Part shown: piece after piece, positions 62,838-64,000 of the stretch
How positions within the stretch are numbered: the first letter of the stretch is position 1
How the letters are laid out: every line of letters starts with the position of its first letter
Origin: an uncultured Chloroflexia bacterium
Lineage (GTDB): Bacteria > Chloroflexota > Limnocylindria > Limnocylindrales > CSP1-4
Assembly (NCBI GenBank): GCA_963821235.1
Contig: CAWGCS010000001.1
Coordinates: forward strand, 1,344,884 to 1,408,883
Direction: 5' to 3'
Length of the DNA: 64,000 nucleotides
Notes under the pieces: generated by a model
The model's database searches: none
What the model saw: the letters and a program-made list of their open reading frames with translations, nothing else
Told to the model about the DNA's origin: nothing
Position numbers and translations under genes: made by a program

Positions 62838-64000
62838 TTGACCCGCTTCCAGAAGCTTGTCGCGGCGACGCTGGCGATGACGCTGGCCCTCGTGATCGTG
62901 GGCGTCGTCGTCCGCGCCACGGGATCGGGCCTGGGCTGTCCCGACTGGCCGTTCTGCTACGGCCAGGCCATCCCGCCGCTGGAGTTCAAGGCGTGGGCCG
63001 AGTGGATCCACCGCCTCATCGCCGCCGTCATCGGGGTCATGGTCCTCGGGGTCGCCGTCCTTGCCGTCGTCGACCACCGAGACCGGCGGGGGCTCGTGAT
63101 CGGCAGCCTCGGCGCCGTCGCCCTCGTCGGCTTCCAGGCCTGGCTCGGGCGCGAGACCGTTCGCCTCGGCAACTCGGGGGCGTCGGTCACCGCCCACCTC
63201 GCCGCCGCCATGGCCGTGGCCGGCCTCCTCGCCTACCTCCTCGTCCGGGCGTCGTATCCGGCGCGCCTCACGGGCCGCGGCCGCAGCCAGCGCTTCACCC
63301 TCCTGGCGGCGTTCACGGCGGCCGCGACGTTCGCCCTCCTGATCTTCGGGGCGAACGTGACCGCCCTCGATGCGGCCCTCGTCTTCCCGGACTGGCCGCT
63401 GATGGGCGGCGCCGTCGTTCCCCCCTTCGGCGACATGCCCCCGGCGACCGCCACCCTGGCCTTCACCCACGCCCTGCACCGCTACGTCGGCGTGGTGGTG
63501 GGAGTTGTGCTCGCGGGGACCTGGCTCGCCGCCTGGCGCGGCCGTCGCGCCGGCCGGGTGGACCGCACGGTCTTCCGGCTGGTCACGATCGCCGCCGTGC
63601 TCTACCCGCTTCAGGCGGTCGTCGGCGCCCTCCAGGTCTGGACGCAGCTGGCCCCCTGGACCCAGACTCTCCACGTCGCCCTCGCGGCCTTCGTCTGGAC
63701 GGCGGCGGTGGGCGCCGCCTTCGTCGGCTACTACGGCGCCCGTTCCGCGGCCGTCGATGTCGTCGGGCCGGCAGGCCCCGGCAGCGACGAGCCCGGGGGC
63801 CCCCCGGGGCAGCGCTCGTCGGCGAGCGATCGGCGCCCGGTCTCCGACACGATCCGCGCCTACGTCGCGCTGACGAAGCCGCGGATCATCGAGCTCCTGC
63901 TCATCACGACGGTCCCGGCGATGGTCCTGGCCACGCGCGACCTGCCCGGCGTGAACTGGATCGACTGGGGCTGGCTCGTCGCCTGGACGCTCCTCGGCGG
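62838..64000 (+). CDS. ctaA-ctaB: Heme A synthase (CtaA/COX15) fused to protoheme IX farnesyltransferase (CtaB), 3'-partial; alternative GTG start at 62793
   Basis: [15 protein letters not shown] (CtaA cysteine loop) and several HxxxH-type TM helices. After ~330 aa comes [28 protein letters not shown] (CtaB N-terminus). The ORF has no stop before the window end. Confidence 0.75.
   Translation, partial: MTRFQKLVAATLAMTLALVIVGVVVRATGSGLGCPDWPFCYGQAIPPLEFKAWAEWIHRLIAAVIGVMVLGVAVLAVVDHRDRRGLVIGSLGAVALVGFQAWLGRETVRLGNSGASVTAHLAAAMAVAGLLAYLLVRASYPARLTGRGRSQRFTLLAAFTAAATFALLIFGANVTALDAALVFPDWPLMGGAVVPPFGDMPPATATLAFTHALHRYVGVVVGVVLAGTWLAAWRGRRAGRVDRTVFRLVTIAAVLYPLQAVVGALQVWTQLAPWTQTLHVALAAFVWTAAVGAAFVGYYGARSAAVDVVGPAGPGSDEPGGPPGQRSSASDRRPVSDTIRAYVALTKPRIIELLLITTVPAMVLATRDLPGVNWIDWGWLVAWTLLG

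Noticed and set aside
62730-63674. 314-aa minus-strand ORF
   Set aside because: Antisense to the ctaA-ctaB membrane protein gene.

Overview
This is a very high-GC (about 70%+) window with no rRNA, no CRISPR and no recognisable transposase or integrase. Gene content (ECF sigma/anti-sigma pairs, LuxR-LAL regulators, GGAGG-type ribosome-binding sites, lipoboxes) suggests an actinobacterial or Chloroflexi-like chromosome. Everything below comes from reading the sequence and the six-frame ORF track; no database search was run, so family names are motif-based inferences.

Gene content, start to end:
- 1-3.6 kb: a TetR regulator (5' part) divergent from a quinone oxidoreductase, with a direct-repeat operator between them. 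Then a possible methyltransferase, a DUF2938-like membrane protein and a C_GCAxxG_C_C protein.
- 3.8-5.5 kb: ECF sigma/anti-sigma pair 1; the anti-sigma has a TolB-like beta-propeller.
- 5.6-6.9 kb: a beta-lactamase-family serine hydrolase lipoprotein.
- 6.9-9.1 kb: ECF sigma/anti-sigma pair 2; the anti-sigma has a Kelch propeller whose last blade is cut off by an in-frame TAG.
- 9.4-10.9 kb: a PCD/glyoxalase-like protein and a DinB-like protein.
- 11.0-19.2 kb: two large convergent LuxR-LAL ATPase regulators (11.0-14.1 and 16.4-19.2 kb) flanking secreted proteins and an alpha/beta hydrolase.
- 19.3-21.3 kb: small proteins and a SAM methyltransferase, with a decayed stretch at 20.1-20.4 kb.
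- 21.7-24.9 kb: a 3.1-kb islet (HD-GYP(GYH)-LuxR regulator, TusA-like, DsrE-like) bracketed by a truncated 3' copy of tRNA-Gly and an intact tRNA-Gly(CCC).
- 25.6-36.3 kb: a sugar catabolic cluster with a Gfo/Idh/MocA oxidoreductase, two SDRs, a GlcG-like protein, a four-gene ABC sugar transporter, a divergent LacI regulator with a perfect palindrome, and an aldo/keto reductase.
- 36.4-43.1 kb: an Mth938-like protein, an S8 protease, a DUF4397-like lipoprotein, lipB and a GalT-like HIT protein.
- 43.2-46.0 kb: ECF sigma/anti-sigma pair 3; the anti-sigma has a ZAS zinc finger plus a TolB-like domain.
- 46.0-60.8 kb: a pyrimidine operon (pyrR leader, pyrR-pyrB-pyrC ... pyrK-pyrD-pyrE). Between pyrC and pyrK, where carAB would normally sit, is an 8-kb signalling cassette: a frameshifted hybrid histidine kinase (PAS-PAS-HisKA-HATPase-REC-REC-HPt), a REC-GGDEF diguanylate cyclase, a divergent PLP-dependent decarboxylase and three uncharacterised proteins.
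- 60.8-64.0 kb: a 21-aa peptide, a gene remnant, a thioredoxin-like lipoprotein and a CtaA-CtaB fusion running off the window.

Two ~90-nt copies of an unexplained intergenic element (10.94 kb and 21.53 kb) also occur.

The three strongest candidates for something undescribed are the signalling cassette interrupting the pyr operon, the tRNA-Gly-bracketed islet carrying an HD-GYP(GYH)-LuxR regulator with a TusA/DsrE pair, and the three propeller-type anti-sigma factors in one 45-kb stretch.
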